Below are positions 8,006 to 17,565 of a stretch of DNA of 64,000 nt, piece after piece. Position 1 is the stretch's first letter, and each line of letters starts with the position of its first letter. Source of the DNA: a virus; IMG/VR virus record IMGVR_UViG_3300032315_001401, positions 124,018 to 188,017 of that record. One strand, given 5' to 3'. The notes beneath the pieces are model-generated. The model was not told the origin of the DNA. It made no database searches and was given only the letters and a program-made list of their open reading frames with translations. Made by a program: the position numbers and the translations under genes.

Positions 8006-8266
8006 TTAACATTTGACTGCTGTGATGTAGGAATCTGTTCCATGAATTGAAAGAACGTCTTCATTGCTATACTTAAGACTGTAATGATATTTAGAATCTG
8101 GTTGATTATCATTCCAATGTCTTACCACTCCTGCAATAATAAAAGCATTAGTAATCAAATAAGATGCAAAGATGAATGTTCGAATCAATGCTATCTTATC
8201 TGACTCCTTATTACATTTGGATGCTTTCTCTCCTAATGCTTTTGCCCACAGTCTCCACAACTTCAT
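8006..8266 (-). CDS. Conserved cyanophage membrane protein
   Basis: WRLWAKALGEKA...IALIRTFIF...TNAFIIAGVVRHW with a hydrophobic helix. Confidence 0.65.
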   Translation of the reverse strand: MKLWRLWAKALGEKASKCNKESDKIALIRTFIFASYLITNAFIIAGVVRHWNDNQPDSKYHYSLKYSNEDVLSIHGTDSYITAVKC

Positions 8267-8451
8267 TTATCAGATTCTTTTAAAAGTTTAACTTGATTCC
8301 ATTGACTCTTATACACCAACACACAAGTATCATTCACTCTGTAATCACCAACTCTTACGCAGATTGAAATGTATTCATCACAGATAAATCGGACTTCACC
8401 AATCCAATCCCTATACTGAACAACAATACCTTCACTGAAAGTTGGTCTCAT
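8263..8451 (-). CDS. Hypothetical protein
   Basis: ORF track; ATGA overlaps with neighbours. Confidence 0.6.
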   Translation of the reverse strand: MRPTFSEGIVVQYRDWIGEVRFICDEYISICVRVGDYRVNDTCVLVYKSQWNQVKLLKESDK

Positions 8452-8732
8452 ACAAATGCTGCTGTTAATGGAGTTTGTTTCAGTTGCATTGCTGTATAAG
8501 GAGTTGTGTCTTTTGGATTTATACGCTTACCAATGGTCTTACTATTAATGGGGGAGAAATACTCTTTTGTTTTGGTGTTGTAAAATCCCCAGATACATTT
8601 AACAGGTTTGCCAAGATTATAATCAAAGCACCGATCATAACAAATCCAAATCGCGGTGACATTGCGCTTGAAATCTTCATATTCATAATGCATTCCTTTT
8701 GGTGCTTTGTGAGGAAATTCAATCGTTGTCAT
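8448..8732 (-). CDS. Conserved cyanophage hypothetical protein
   Basis: Start refined to MTTIEFPHKAPKG; IWGFYNTKTKEYFSPINSK motif. Confidence 0.65.
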   Translation of the reverse strand: MTTIEFPHKAPKGMHYEYEDFKRNVTAIWICYDRCFDYNLGKPVKCIWGFYNTKTKEYFSPINSKTIGKRINPKDTTPYTAMQLKQTPLTAAFV

Positions 8733-8879
8733 AAACTGCACGAAGATACTTGGGATTGGTGCCGGCAGCAACATAGTGTTGGAGCATTGAGTCACATTGC
8801 TCCTTTGTCAGTTTCTTGGCATCTTCCTCAATCAGTTCCCAACCATGAGAAAACAATTCTTCAATACGATACAGTTGTG

Positions 8880-9110
8880 TCATGTGGTAAATGCCTCCAG
8901 AATACCAGAGTCATACTCTTCTTGCAATGCAAACTTTTGAGCGTTGATGATTCTTTCCATAATGCGATCGGTATAACGATCATCAAACTGTTTTTCATCT
9001 GCCAGAAGAGTAAATGCTTCGGTGTCAGATTCTGCAATCAGATTAATCAGACCACCATATTCACTGGAAGGAAACGGAACCCAGTAGTCTACAATGTAAA
9101 GATACTTCAT
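8880..9110 (-). CDS. Conserved cyanophage hypothetical protein
   Basis: YIVDYWVPFPSSEYGG; host-like promoter upstream. Confidence 0.65.
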   Translation of the reverse strand: MKYLYIVDYWVPFPSSEYGGLINLIAESDTEAFTLLADEKQFDDRYTDRIMERIINAQKFALQEEYDSGILEAFTT

Positions 9111-9133
9111 TTCTTGTGTTAAATTACTCCTTA

Positions 9134-9162
9134 ATTTTAGTCGAATGTATAGGATTTGTCAA
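9134..9162 (-). promoter_or_regulatory. Sigma70-type promoter TTGACA-N17-TAAAAT
   Basis: -35 9162-9157, -10 9139-9134. Confidence 0.7.
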
Positions 9163-9549
9163 CTGTCGATTCAACTCAACTTTCATCTGAATCAAACGCG
9201 AATGTAGATAAACAGCATACTCATTGGTTGAAAGCAATGAGATCAGATTCTCAATTTGCAATAATGCCAGAATCAGTTTGGTGTTCTCATTCATAGAAAC
9301 TCTGCAACAAAATAATCAACCGTCAGTTCAAGTTTAGCAGCAGTGTTCTCAATATAATCATCAACCAATTCGGGTGCATCCTCTTGAAGAATATGATAAT
9401 ACTGATACCACATAGGAGAAAGAGATTCAATCATTTGTGAGGGCGGTTGTAGGACTCAAACAGTTTAGCATCTCTCTGAATCAGAAAGGCATTGTAACCA
9501 ATCAACAGAGATAGAATGACAATGCAATAGGCAATCGTTTTGCGATTCA

Positions 9550-9783
9550 TCAGCACGCTCCTGCCATTGGATTCACATTCACCGATTCGGTATTGAAACC
9601 GGTCACATTATAACCCAGACCAATACGCTCTTCACACTCACGCTCAAAGTCACGCTTGCTGATACACTTGGTGCTCATTGTATCCACACCCTGAAACTTC
9701 AGCACCTTGTACATAAATTGAGTGCTTCCTTGAATCGGATAATAATCAACAACCATCGTGCCAGTGGTAGAGGTCAGTTGCAT
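9550..9783 (-). CDS. Hypothetical early protein
   Basis: ORF downstream of dyad promoter 9810-9868. Confidence 0.65.
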   Translation of the reverse strand: MQLTSTTGTMVVDYYPIQGSTQFMYKVLKFQGVDTMSTKCISKRDFERECEERIGLGYNVTGFNTESVNVNPMAGAC

Positions 9784-9817
9784 TGAGAGTGTCTCGCGAT
9801 TACCTTTGTATTATAGG

Positions 9818-10021
9818 TCAGAACGACGGCACCACGTCGTTGCGTATGCCAGTTTCCGAACTGTCCATCTGCTCATAGAGAGTGTAAAGTTTGTTGTACA
9901 GTGCTGGCACACTTCCATACTCTCTGGCAATCATTCTTTCTTCTCTGATCTCCAGAAGTTGAAGTGCAGATAAAATCACACCAATTTCATGAACATTCAG
10001 TCTTACAAAATCTTCAGTCAT
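9818..10021 (-). CDS. Hypothetical protein
   Basis: ORF track. Confidence 0.6.
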   Translation of the reverse strand: MTEDFVRLNVHEIGVILSALQLLEIREERMIAREYGSVPALYNKLYTLYEQMDSSETGIRNDVVPSF

Positions 10022-10230
10022 TATTTCAATTCAATACGATCAAATACTAGCATACCAATTTCAAAAAGTAAATCTTCATCCATATCTCCCATCACACTGC
10101 GAATCCCTTCAACCACAGCAGTCTGCATGTATTCAGTGAATCCTTCATCCTCATAGATGTAATTGATAATTGCAGGTTTGAGTGCATCCGCAATCTTGGA
10201 AACAGAAGTGTTAGAGAGTTTCATTGTCAT
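10021..10230 (-). CDS. Hypothetical protein
   Basis: ORF track; coupled to neighbour. Confidence 0.6.
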   Translation of the reverse strand: MTMKLSNTSVSKIADALKPAIINYIYEDEGFTEYMQTAVVEGIRSVMGDMDEDLLFEIGMLVFDRIELK

Positions 10231-10384
10231 TGAATGTTGAGATACTTTTCGTTGCGAATCATATGGTCAAGAACTTCACCAATCATTTGACGGTAAGTTT
10301 CATCATAGTTTTTGCTACACTCTTCATAAGCATCATACAGTTTGGTGTAGAGTGTATCCCAGTGTTGACGAGTAATAACAGTCA

Positions 10385-10600
10385 TCAGTAGTGTGCCTCC
10401 GAATAATCAAGTTGAGCAGAATACTTTGCAATGGCATCATAACACTTTGCCCGCATACCATCATCGGCACCCACAATGAACTCAAAGCAATACTTCATAC
10501 GCTGCTCGGGATGTGAATTGATTCGTGCAATCTCTTGCTGTTGCTTGTTGTAAGCAAACATCTCACGGTCAGCAAAACTGGTGGTGTAGTAGGGGTGCAT
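10385..10600 (-). CDS. Hypothetical early protein
   Basis: ORF downstream of dyad promoter 10627-10685. Confidence 0.65.
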   Translation of the reverse strand: MHPYYTTSFADREMFAYNKQQQEIARINSHPEQRMKYCFEFIVGADDGMRAKCYDAIAKYSAQLDYSEAHY

Positions 10601-10627
10601 CAGGCGTTTCCGTTGATTACCTTGTAA

Positions 10628-11104
10628 TTATACTGCCTGCATCAGGCGGTTCCGGAACCACTGTGCCACTTTGGGGGCTGGCACAGGGTTCTTCTCAATC
10701 AAATACTCCAGATATAAGGTTTCTTCTTGCTCTCGTGCCTCAATTTCATGCGGTTGATGCCAATACTCAATATCTTCGACGCATTCTTTACCATAATACA
10801 TTTTTCCACGCTTGGACCGCAGCGAACCCACTACCCACTGTCGCAGATGTGTCAGTTCGTGCAAAAGAGTTTTTATATACAACTCCTTACACATATGCGT
10901 GTCAAGTTCAATCAGGAACTCACGGGGACGATAAGATTCTCCCACATAGTCACAGTAACCATAAACTGCTTCACGACGCAGACCACGATGAAGAATCTCC
11001 ACTTCAATCTTGTGTCGTGGCAGAAACTTATTCAAAAACCAAGAGGTAACGTCCTCACAGAGGCGTTTAGAGTAACCATATCCAGAAGTTTGAATGTAAG
11101 ACAT
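10628..11104 (-). CDS. Zn-dependent metallopeptidase-like protein (HExxH)
   Basis: TLLHELTHLRQ and PHEIEA; start refined to MSYIQT. Confidence 0.75.
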   Translation of the reverse strand: MSYIQTSGYGYSKRLCEDVTSWFLNKFLPRHKIEVEILHRGLRREAVYGYCDYVGESYRPREFLIELDTHMCKELYIKTLLHELTHLRQWVVGSLRSKRGKMYYGKECVEDIEYWHQPHEIEAREQEETLYLEYLIEKNPVPAPKVAQWFRNRLMQAV

Positions 11105-11162
11105 TGCCCCCAATGCAAAAACCAAATGAATGAAAACATGAAAAGCAAACGGTCAAAGTTAT

Positions 11163-11552
11163 TCAATTGCATCCGAACATTGCTCCTCCAATTGCAGCAC
11201 CCACAGGAACAGACCAATAATATCCATTGCCACGACTCATACTTGCAGCAACACCACCACCTAATAGAGCACCCAATACAGACCGGGTTGGATTACAATA
11301 TCTTCTACCATATCCACCATAACCATTCCCATAATACTGATTGGCAGGTCGATATCCTTGATTTACATTGTTGCAAGGAACATTGTAAGATTGCACACTC
11401 ACACCACCGGGAACATAATTACCATATTGATCATATCCACCGGGTCGATAGACTTCTTGATTCTGAGTGCAGACTGCAAACTGATTGACCTGCTGTGCCT
11501 GAACTGGAACAGATAGAAGTGTCAGTGGAAGAAGAAAAAGAAGTTGTTTCAT
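11163..11552 (-). CDS. Secreted/membrane protein with glycine-zipper C-terminus
   Basis: Signal peptide MKQLLFLLPLTLLSVPVQA; GALLGGGVAA...VGAAIGGAMFG. Confidence 0.65.
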   Translation of the reverse strand: MKQLLFLLPLTLLSVPVQAQQVNQFAVCTQNQEVYRPGGYDQYGNYVPGGVSVQSYNVPCNNVNQGYRPANQYYGNGYGGYGRRYCNPTRSVLGALLGGGVAASMSRGNGYYWSVPVGAAIGGAMFGCN

Positions 11553-11555
11553 TGT

Positions 11556-11909
11556 TCAGCGAGCGTAAAGATAATCACCCGCCCAATCGGCATTCTCAAG
11601 CAACCATTCACGCTGCTCAATGATGCGAAGGTCATAACGAACACCTTTGGCAGGTGCTTTAGTGCTGGCAGGTTTATACACTTCACCAGTTTTCTTATCA
11701 ATGAAGCAATGAATACTATCAAGACGATTGTTAATGAACATGTGAATCTTGTGATACTTACGACCAGTAGATGTCAATTCAAAATGATAATCTTTAGGAG
11801 CATTTTGACCTAGAGCATCACACAGCATGTGAGCATACTTGGTAACATTCAACTGAATGGTGTTACGGGCGTCTTGCTGGGCAGCGTAGTCAGCGAAGGT
11901 GGCAGTCAT
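11556..11909 (-). CDS. Conserved phage hypothetical protein
   Basis: Start refined to MTATFADY; HCFIDKKTGEVYKPASTKAPAKGVRY motif; dyad promoter 11931-11990. Confidence 0.7.
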   Translation of the reverse strand: MTATFADYAAQQDARNTIQLNVTKYAHMLCDALGQNAPKDYHFELTSTGRKYHKIHMFINNRLDSIHCFIDKKTGEVYKPASTKAPAKGVRYDLRIIEQREWLLENADWAGDYLYAR

Positions 11910-12132
11910 CGGTTGATTGCGTATGTGCTTATTATAGGGGCACACAGGCGCCTCTGGGAGGGTCAGTATGCCAGTTCTGAATCTGGCACATAGTAGTCGT
12001 CTTCTCCCAAGTATCCCATCCAATCTGCAGGTTCAGAACCATAAATTTCAATCTCACGGATTTCGTCAATCAATTCAGACAGTTCAACAGAATTCATTGG
12101 AGGTTCTCTCAACTACAAGTATATTATAACAG

Positions 12133-12155
12133 AAAACCCGCCTTTTGGGCGGGTT
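12133..12155 (-). terminator. Intrinsic terminator nested in a dyad promoter
   Basis: AACCCGCC/GGGCGGGTT hairpin followed by a T-run on the minus strand. Confidence 0.7.
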
Positions 12156-12318
12156 CCTTGTGGCAGTTACTGAACTGGCGGTGGAAGTTGTGGGTGATTC
12201 ATTTCTACTGTAGTCTTTTGAAGATTAAACATTGCACCGTCAAGAACTTTGGCAATAGGACCAAACCCAACAGTTGCAGCGATAATCCCAAAAATCACAC
12301 CAGAAATGAAGTTAAACA

Positions 12319-13320
12319 TCACTGATTCAAAGAAACAACACCACCATCAGGATCTACATCCACAATTTGAGAAGGACGAACACCAAACTCAAAAGGAGTC
12401 CAGTTACGATCTTCTTTCAATTTGAGAGCGCAAAGTTTTACAGCATCCCACAACTCCATCAATTCATCTTTTGTAGAATCAATGATTTCAGTTGCCTTGT
12501 CTGCTTTTTTGCCACTAGGAATATACAAGTGAACTTTAGATCTCCTACCTTCCGCAACATCTTTCAAAATGTGGGAGAAATTGCGAGGAACATATGTTCC
12601 ATTCGGTTCAGCACAAATAATGCGTCCAGCAAAACCTTCTTCATCAATTTTACCACCAGAGGTATATCCTTCAGCAGCAAGATATTCTTCTGCCTCATTA
12701 CAAGTAAAGGTGCGAAGACTTTTATCTGGATAGGATTTACTGTGAATTTTCTTAACAATTCCAGTCACTTTTTTCTGTTCAAAAGTATGAGGAATAGAGT
12801 TCACCCAATCACGAATTTCATCTTTTGAAACAAGATGATCTTGACGATTGACCCAATTAAGACCACGAGTCACAAAATCTTCATCTGTAGAAGATTTACT
12901 TGCAGGGTGACTATTTGCGCCCAGACCAATCTCATCAAAAAGATCTTCCAGAGTATAACCGTCGTTAATTTCATAGACATCAAATGCCCAAGCAACTTGT
13001 CCACGACGGGTCAGGGCACGAAAACGAGTGAAACCATCAATCAGTTTCAAAACTCCTTCAGCATAAGTAACAATAGGGGGAAGTTGATCGTAACGAATAC
13101 CACACTCAAATTCACCATACAGGTTTTCCGTGTTGATATTGTCAGTGCCACCAGAACGAGCACGATTTTTGATTGTCTTACCACCAACATCAATATTGGA
13201 CAGATCTTCTACAATGGTAGTTTTGTAGGTTCCAGTGCGAAACTTCCTTCGTTTTTCCACAGAAGGAAGACGATTTACGTCAGGAACTTCACAAATGCTA
13301 ATAGGGGTGTGTGTAGACAT
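12319..13320 (-). CDS. ParB/Srx-like domain protein
   Basis: LPPIV...LKLIDGFTRFRAL (ParB N-terminal DGxxR motif); start refined to MSTHTP. Confidence 0.65.
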   Translation of the reverse strand: MSTHTPISICEVPDVNRLPSVEKRRKFRTGTYKTTIVEDLSNIDVGGKTIKNRARSGGTDNINTENLYGEFECGIRYDQLPPIVTYAEGVLKLIDGFTRFRALTRRGQVAWAFDVYEINDGYTLEDLFDEIGLGANSHPASKSSTDEDFVTRGLNWVNRQDHLVSKDEIRDWVNSIPHTFEQKKVTGIVKKIHSKSYPDKSLRTFTCNEAEEYLAAEGYTSGGKIDEEGFAGRIICAEPNGTYVPRNFSHILKDVAEGRRSKVHLYIPSGKKADKATEIIDSTKDELMELWDAVKLCALKLKEDRNWTPFEFGVRPSQIVDVDPDGGVVSLNQ

Positions 13321-13390
13321 AATAAGTAATAAAATGCAAACTGCAGGATTAGATTGAGTGTTTGGCAAATTGCCTTTTCAATCTCCAAGT

Positions 13391-13419
13391 ATTATAGGGC
13401 AAGCGGGCAGGAAAGTCAA
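13391..13419 (-). promoter_or_regulatory. Sigma70-type promoter TTGACT-N17-TATAAT
   Basis: -35 13419-13414, -10 13396-13391. Confidence 0.75.
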
Positions 13420-13438
13420 GGGTTCTGTTTCGGTTTTG

Positions 13439-14107
13439 TCACATAAAGGACAGAACGCTCTCGGTTTGGTTGTGTATCCTTTCTTGTGTCATTTGGAAAT
13501 ATTCTGGATTCATTTCAACACCAATAAAGTTTCTACCACACTGTTTTGCAGCAACACCAATTGCACCACTTCCCATACAAGGATCAAATACAGTGTCACC
13601 AATGTTTGAACTTGCCTCAATCAATCTTGTCATAAGTTTAACTGGCTTGGGTGTTGGGTGATCTTTATATCTCTCTGTTGCACAACGCCAGACAGCAGAT
13701 TTACAGTGCTCATTGAACACTGCTCCCGACTTTTTGGCAAACACACAATTCTCTATACTGGACAACCATATATGTTGTCCGTTCATTGGAGAAGGATTAG
13801 TTTTCTCCCATATACAGTGCCTCACAGATAAACCGTGCTCGATCAATCGGTTGCGGATATGTGAGACCTGAACTGAACCACAAAAAATATAAATGCTCCC
13901 GTAAGTCACGCGAACAACTTCATCGATAAAGTTGTCAAGTGGAAATGTAATAATGTCTGCGTGACTTTTGTCAAGATTTCTCAATCCACCACTCTTACGA
14001 TTTACCTCATCATATGGTATATCTGTAAGAGTAAGCGAAATGCTCCCATCAGCAAGTGACGGGAGCACATTCATACAATTATCGTTATATAATTTTACTT
14101 CACTCAT
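13439..14107 (-). CDS. DNA methyltransferase, N4-C/N6-A beta class
   Basis: Motif IV LTDIPY, HPTPKP, motif I FDPCMGSG, FIGVE. Confidence 0.9.
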   Translation of the reverse strand: MSEVKLYNDNCMNVLPSLADGSISLTLTDIPYDEVNRKSGGLRNLDKSHADIITFPLDNFIDEVVRVTYGSIYIFCGSVQVSHIRNRLIEHGLSVRHCIWEKTNPSPMNGQHIWLSSIENCVFAKKSGAVFNEHCKSAVWRCATERYKDHPTPKPVKLMTRLIEASSNIGDTVFDPCMGSGAIGVAAKQCGRNFIGVEMNPEYFQMTQERIHNQTESVLSFM

Positions 14108-14118
14108 ACATTTTTGAT

Positions 14119-14523
14119 TTATTTATTCATTTGTAGTGTAGGGACAGGCATTCCACCTTCAGTGGGAACATAGATGGTCACATTACCTTTGTTGGAACCT
14201 TCTTCCAGTCCAGTAATGTACAGATACTGAAGATACTCACGGTTATCTTTCAGTGAATTGCCGATGATTTGGTTTGCTTTTGCAACACCAGTGGCACGGA
14301 TCACTTCAGCATCAGCAAGTTGTTGAGCACTATCTTTCTTTGCTTGTGCCTCCAGAACTGCAACTTGACGAGTGTATTCTGCTTTTTGAAGTTCTGCCTT
14401 ACCTTGCAGAGATTGTGCCCACACATTATAGAGAGGACCAACCACTGCATTGATAATCATCAGACTCAAAAGAAAGGAAACGCCAATGATACTAGCGTTA
14501 CGAAGAGTGTTATCAGGTTTCAT
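14119..14523 (-). CDS. Membrane protein with SPFH/band-7-like C-terminal coiled coil
   Basis: N-terminal TM helix; GKAELQKAE...AEVIRATGVAKANQII...YLQYLYI...IYVPTE. Confidence 0.6.
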   Translation of the reverse strand: MKPDNTLRNASIIGVSFLLSLMIINAVVGPLYNVWAQSLQGKAELQKAEYTRQVAVLEAQAKKDSAQQLADAEVIRATGVAKANQIIGNSLKDNREYLQYLYITGLEEGSNKGNVTIYVPTEGGMPVPTLQMNK

Positions 14524-14660
14524 TTTGTTTCTCCAACATAAACATAATCAGGATGTTTGACTTTGAAAGCCTCTACTTGTTCTTGAGTTTTCAGGAACAC
14601 CGAAAGCGTAGTGTTAGGATGTTCCTTATAATAATACTTTACACGAATCATATTCATAAA

Positions 14661-15047
14661 TCAAGCAGCAAGGGCACCAGAGGGAATTTCAACGACTTCA
14701 GGAAGTTTGCTGTCGTCAAACTGATGCATATTATAGCACACCCATTCACCACTACGGAAGACATAGGCATACTCTTCACTGTTGCCAGGAAGAAGATACT
14801 CACACAGGTCAGCATCAAGGCGAGGAGGGCAATTCTCACCACGAGCACTATAATACTCGGGTTTCTTATCTTCTGCCCAACAAGTGCTCATCTCACCACC
14901 ATCAATCAGTTCAGCAGCAAGTTCTTTGCTGTTGTAGTGGGTGCGAAGAATGCGACCCAACCATTCGGGATAACCATCCCAATGGTGGTAAGCAGAGAGA
15001 ATAGAACCGTCAGCAAGTTCAAGACCGATGCGAGAGCGAGTTGCCAT
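14661..15047 (-). CDS. Conserved phage early hypothetical protein
   Basis: TRSRIG...YHHWDGYPEWLG...EEYAYVF; dyad promoter 15074-15132. Confidence 0.7.
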   Translation of the reverse strand: MATRSRIGLELADGSILSAYHHWDGYPEWLGRILRTHYNSKELAAELIDGGEMSTCWAEDKKPEYYSARGENCPPRLDADLCEYLLPGNSEEYAYVFRSGEWVCYNMHQFDDSKLPEVVEIPSGALAA

Positions 15048-15071
15048 TGGGGCGTTTCGTTGATTACCTTG

Positions 15072-15860
15072 TTAGTATAGGGCATCCACCAGCGGATTCT
15101 GGGGGTCTTGTGCCACTTCCTCAACTGGCACACCATTGATCCTTTGTTGAGCAATCGAAAAGTATTCTTCCTCTCGCTCAATGCCGATAAAGTTTCTATT
15201 TTCCATTTTAGATGCGATTCCAGTGGTGCCAGCACCCATACAGGGGTCCAGCACCAGATCTCCCTCATTAGAGAATGTTCTAATCAACCAACGATAAAGA
15301 TCTACTGGTTTTTGTGTGGGATGGTATTTTCCTTCACCTTCTGCAGTCTTGAAGTAAATGACACTGCGAGGATACCTCAACCCACTATCATTCTTTACAT
15401 GAACTGCTTTTGTCTGAACACCATATGCTTCAGTATCTCTTACTGCAGTTCCCTTATCATATGGGGTTCCTTGTGTCATTTGGGGATTGTATGTTGGTTG
15501 CTTCTTATAAAACACTACAATATCTTCGTGAGCACGTAGAGGTTGTTTCTTGGCATTCAGATAACCAGTTGCTTTTGATTTTTCCCATACCATTGTATAC
15601 TTGAAGTTCCTATAGTTTGAGGCAATAAGGACACTTGTAAATGGTTGTGCTGCTGTTGATATGATGGGGCACGTTGGTTTGCATATGCGGTCAACATGCT
15701 CCCAAAACTTGGGATAATCAATGACGGTATCCCATTCATTTCTTTTGTTCAGAGTTCCATAAGGAAAATCTGTCAATAACAAATCGATGCTCTGGGGAGC
15801 AAGATTCCCCAGAACATCGAACATATCATTATTGTGTAATACTATTGGAGATGTACTCAT
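15072..15860 (-). CDS. DNA methyltransferase, N4-C/N6-A beta class
   Basis: Motif IV LTDFPYG, HPTQKP, motif I LDPCMGAGTT, FIGIE. Confidence 0.92.
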   Translation of the reverse strand: MSTSPIVLHNNDMFDVLGNLAPQSIDLLLTDFPYGTLNKRNEWDTVIDYPKFWEHVDRICKPTCPIISTAAQPFTSVLIASNYRNFKYTMVWEKSKATGYLNAKKQPLRAHEDIVVFYKKQPTYNPQMTQGTPYDKGTAVRDTEAYGVQTKAVHVKNDSGLRYPRSVIYFKTAEGEGKYHPTQKPVDLYRWLIRTFSNEGDLVLDPCMGAGTTGIASKMENRNFIGIEREEEYFSIAQQRINGVPVEEVAQDPQNPLVDALY

Positions 15861-16407
15861 AGAACCGATTTAACTCGTTTAAGTCTAAACTAAATTTTTC
15901 ACGATAAATCGGTTTCTTGGAATCTCTCTTCTTAATATCATTAACAACAAATAATTCAAAACTCCTACCCGTTGCTTCTTTGCAAAGTGCTTGATAGTAT
16001 CGGAGTGTTGATTCTGCAATAGATTTTTGCCCACAGAAGAGAACAAATTTAACATCACTGTCGGATGCTCTTGAAATCTCAATGAAGTTCGCAACTGCTC
16101 TCATACAATATGAAGCATCAAGATATGCTTTACATTCGACAGCTATCTTCAAAATGTTTTCGAGAGTTCTGATGTGACGATCCACTTGTACATTGTCCCT
16201 ACTTTCATTCAAGCAATGTGCAGTCAAATAGTCGTTTTTAAGAGATTTTAATTGAGAAATTAAAGAAACTATATCGTCAACAAGATGTTCAAAAAGATCT
16301 CCAGAAGCATTTGCTGCTGCTCGTGGACCTTTTCGATCATAAATTTGCTGTAGGTTATTAAGATCACGGACATAATTTTGGACCGCGATGGATGATTCGG
16401 TAAACAT
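15829..16407 (-). CDS. PD-(D/E)xK nuclease, putative restriction endonuclease
   Basis: GDLFEHLV...QVDRH...VECKAYLD; overlaps the MTase start by 32 nt; start refined to MFTESS. Confidence 0.6.
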   Translation of the reverse strand: MFTESSIAVQNYVRDLNNLQQIYDRKGPRAAANASGDLFEHLVDDIVSLISQLKSLKNDYLTAHCLNESRDNVQVDRHIRTLENILKIAVECKAYLDASYCMRAVANFIEISRASDSDVKFVLFCGQKSIAESTLRYYQALCKEATGRSFELFVVNDIKKRDSKKPIYREKFSLDLNELNRFYEYISNSITQ

Positions 16408-16537
16408 AGATTTTTCGTAATTGAATTCGACCTTTACTGTTGTGGGGGCACCTGTCGAACATTCCCTTATCCACAAAATCATAATACAATAAAAATGGGG
16501 GTTTGTCAACCCCCATATGCCAGTTTGCTAACTGTCC

Positions 16538-16750
16538 TCAACTATCATACATCCTACACTCTAATGCGTCAGGATTAGCATCGCAATAAAGTTCAAAAGC
16601 ATTCGGATCGTGATCATCATTGGGATGATTTGCTTTATATGATTTAAGTGATTGCAATTCTTCTTCGGTATGTCTTCTTGCTTGTGGAGATGACATAGGA
16701 TCATTCAAAAGATCCTTATCTCTTTGAATGTGTTGATCTATAGTGCTCAT
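16538..16750 (-). CDS. Conserved cyanophage protein with CP12-like C-terminus
   Basis: Ends in FELYCDANPDALECRMYDS, matching the CP12 C-terminal YCxxNPxAxECxxYD pattern; ATAAATA at 16771-16777. Confidence 0.7.
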   Translation of the reverse strand: MSTIDQHIQRDKDLLNDPMSSPQARRHTEEELQSLKSYKANHPNDDHDPNAFELYCDANPDALECRMYDS

Positions 16751-16780
16751 TGTTTTTTATCGGTATGGTATATTTATTTT

Positions 16781-16987
16781 TTACTCACTTAAGGGACTAC
16801 CTCTCCAATTCTTTGGTGGAGGTGGGTCACATTTTCCTTCAAGCGAACGAACTAACAATTCGGTAAATTTTTCCATTTTTTGAGGATGAACTGTAGCAGG
16901 GTTGTCATTAATTGCCTCTTTGAGTGCTACAAGTTCTTCCCATTCTTCAGGAGTGAGAATTTCGGGTCCTGTTTTTGCAAGTGTCAT
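16781..16987 (-). CDS. Conserved cyanophage hypothetical protein
   Basis: LTPEEWEELVALKEAINDNPATVHP; start refined to MTLAK. Confidence 0.6.
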   Translation of the reverse strand: MTLAKTGPEILTPEEWEELVALKEAINDNPATVHPQKMEKFTELLVRSLEGKCDPPPPKNWRGSPLSE

Positions 16988-17082
16988 AGTGTTGTTGCGG
17001 TGTGTCCCAAATGTTAGCATTTCAATATATTAATATCTAGTAACTTAATGTTTTCTTTGGGATCGCGTTACAAACATTTACA

Positions 17083-17565
17083 TTATAATTCAACAATTGT
17101 ATCTCTTTTAACATCAATGAATAAAAATTCCATCGATTCATCTGAAAGATTTCCACCGTCATGAATATTATTCATAACATCATATACCTGAACAATACCC
17201 TCTTTCCAATATATTTTTTCGCCCATCCAAGTCATATAGCATTTTTTTCTGTCTGGTATAGTTAAAGGTATTTGAATTCTTTTGTAAGGTTCTCGATAAA
17301 TGTTCGGATCTTTATGTGCTATCAATATAGTTCCTGGTTCAAACAAAGAATATCCAGAATATAATATACTATCATTTTGATGTATTCGAAATATTTCATC
17401 TGTCATAAATTTTTTTCGAATTAAAATAGTTTTCGAAATACTTTTCAACCAATAATGTGGTATAAACTTATTACAATACCCATTTGTAGTTGGAGCTTTT
17501 TTAGTTGGAAAACTAGTTATCTTTGCCCACTTATATAAAGTTTGCAAATCATTTTGACTGACCAT
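17083..17565 (-). CDS. Asp/Asn beta-hydroxylase-like Fe(II)/2OG oxygenase
   Basis: PGTILIAHKD (HxD), RIQIPL, distal H in NNIHDGGN. Confidence 0.7.
   Translation of the reverse strand: MVSQNDLQTLYKWAKITSFPTKKAPTTNGYCNKFIPHYWLKSISKTILIRKKFMTDEIFRIHQNDSILYSGYSLFEPGTILIAHKDPNIYREPYKRIQIPLTIPDRKKCYMTWMGEKIYWKEGIVQVYDVMNNIHDGGNLSDESMEFLFIDVKRDTIVEL

Noticed and set aside
10525-11488. Long plus-strand ORFs (174 and 253 aa)
   Set aside because: Overlap well-supported minus-strand genes; no recognisable domains
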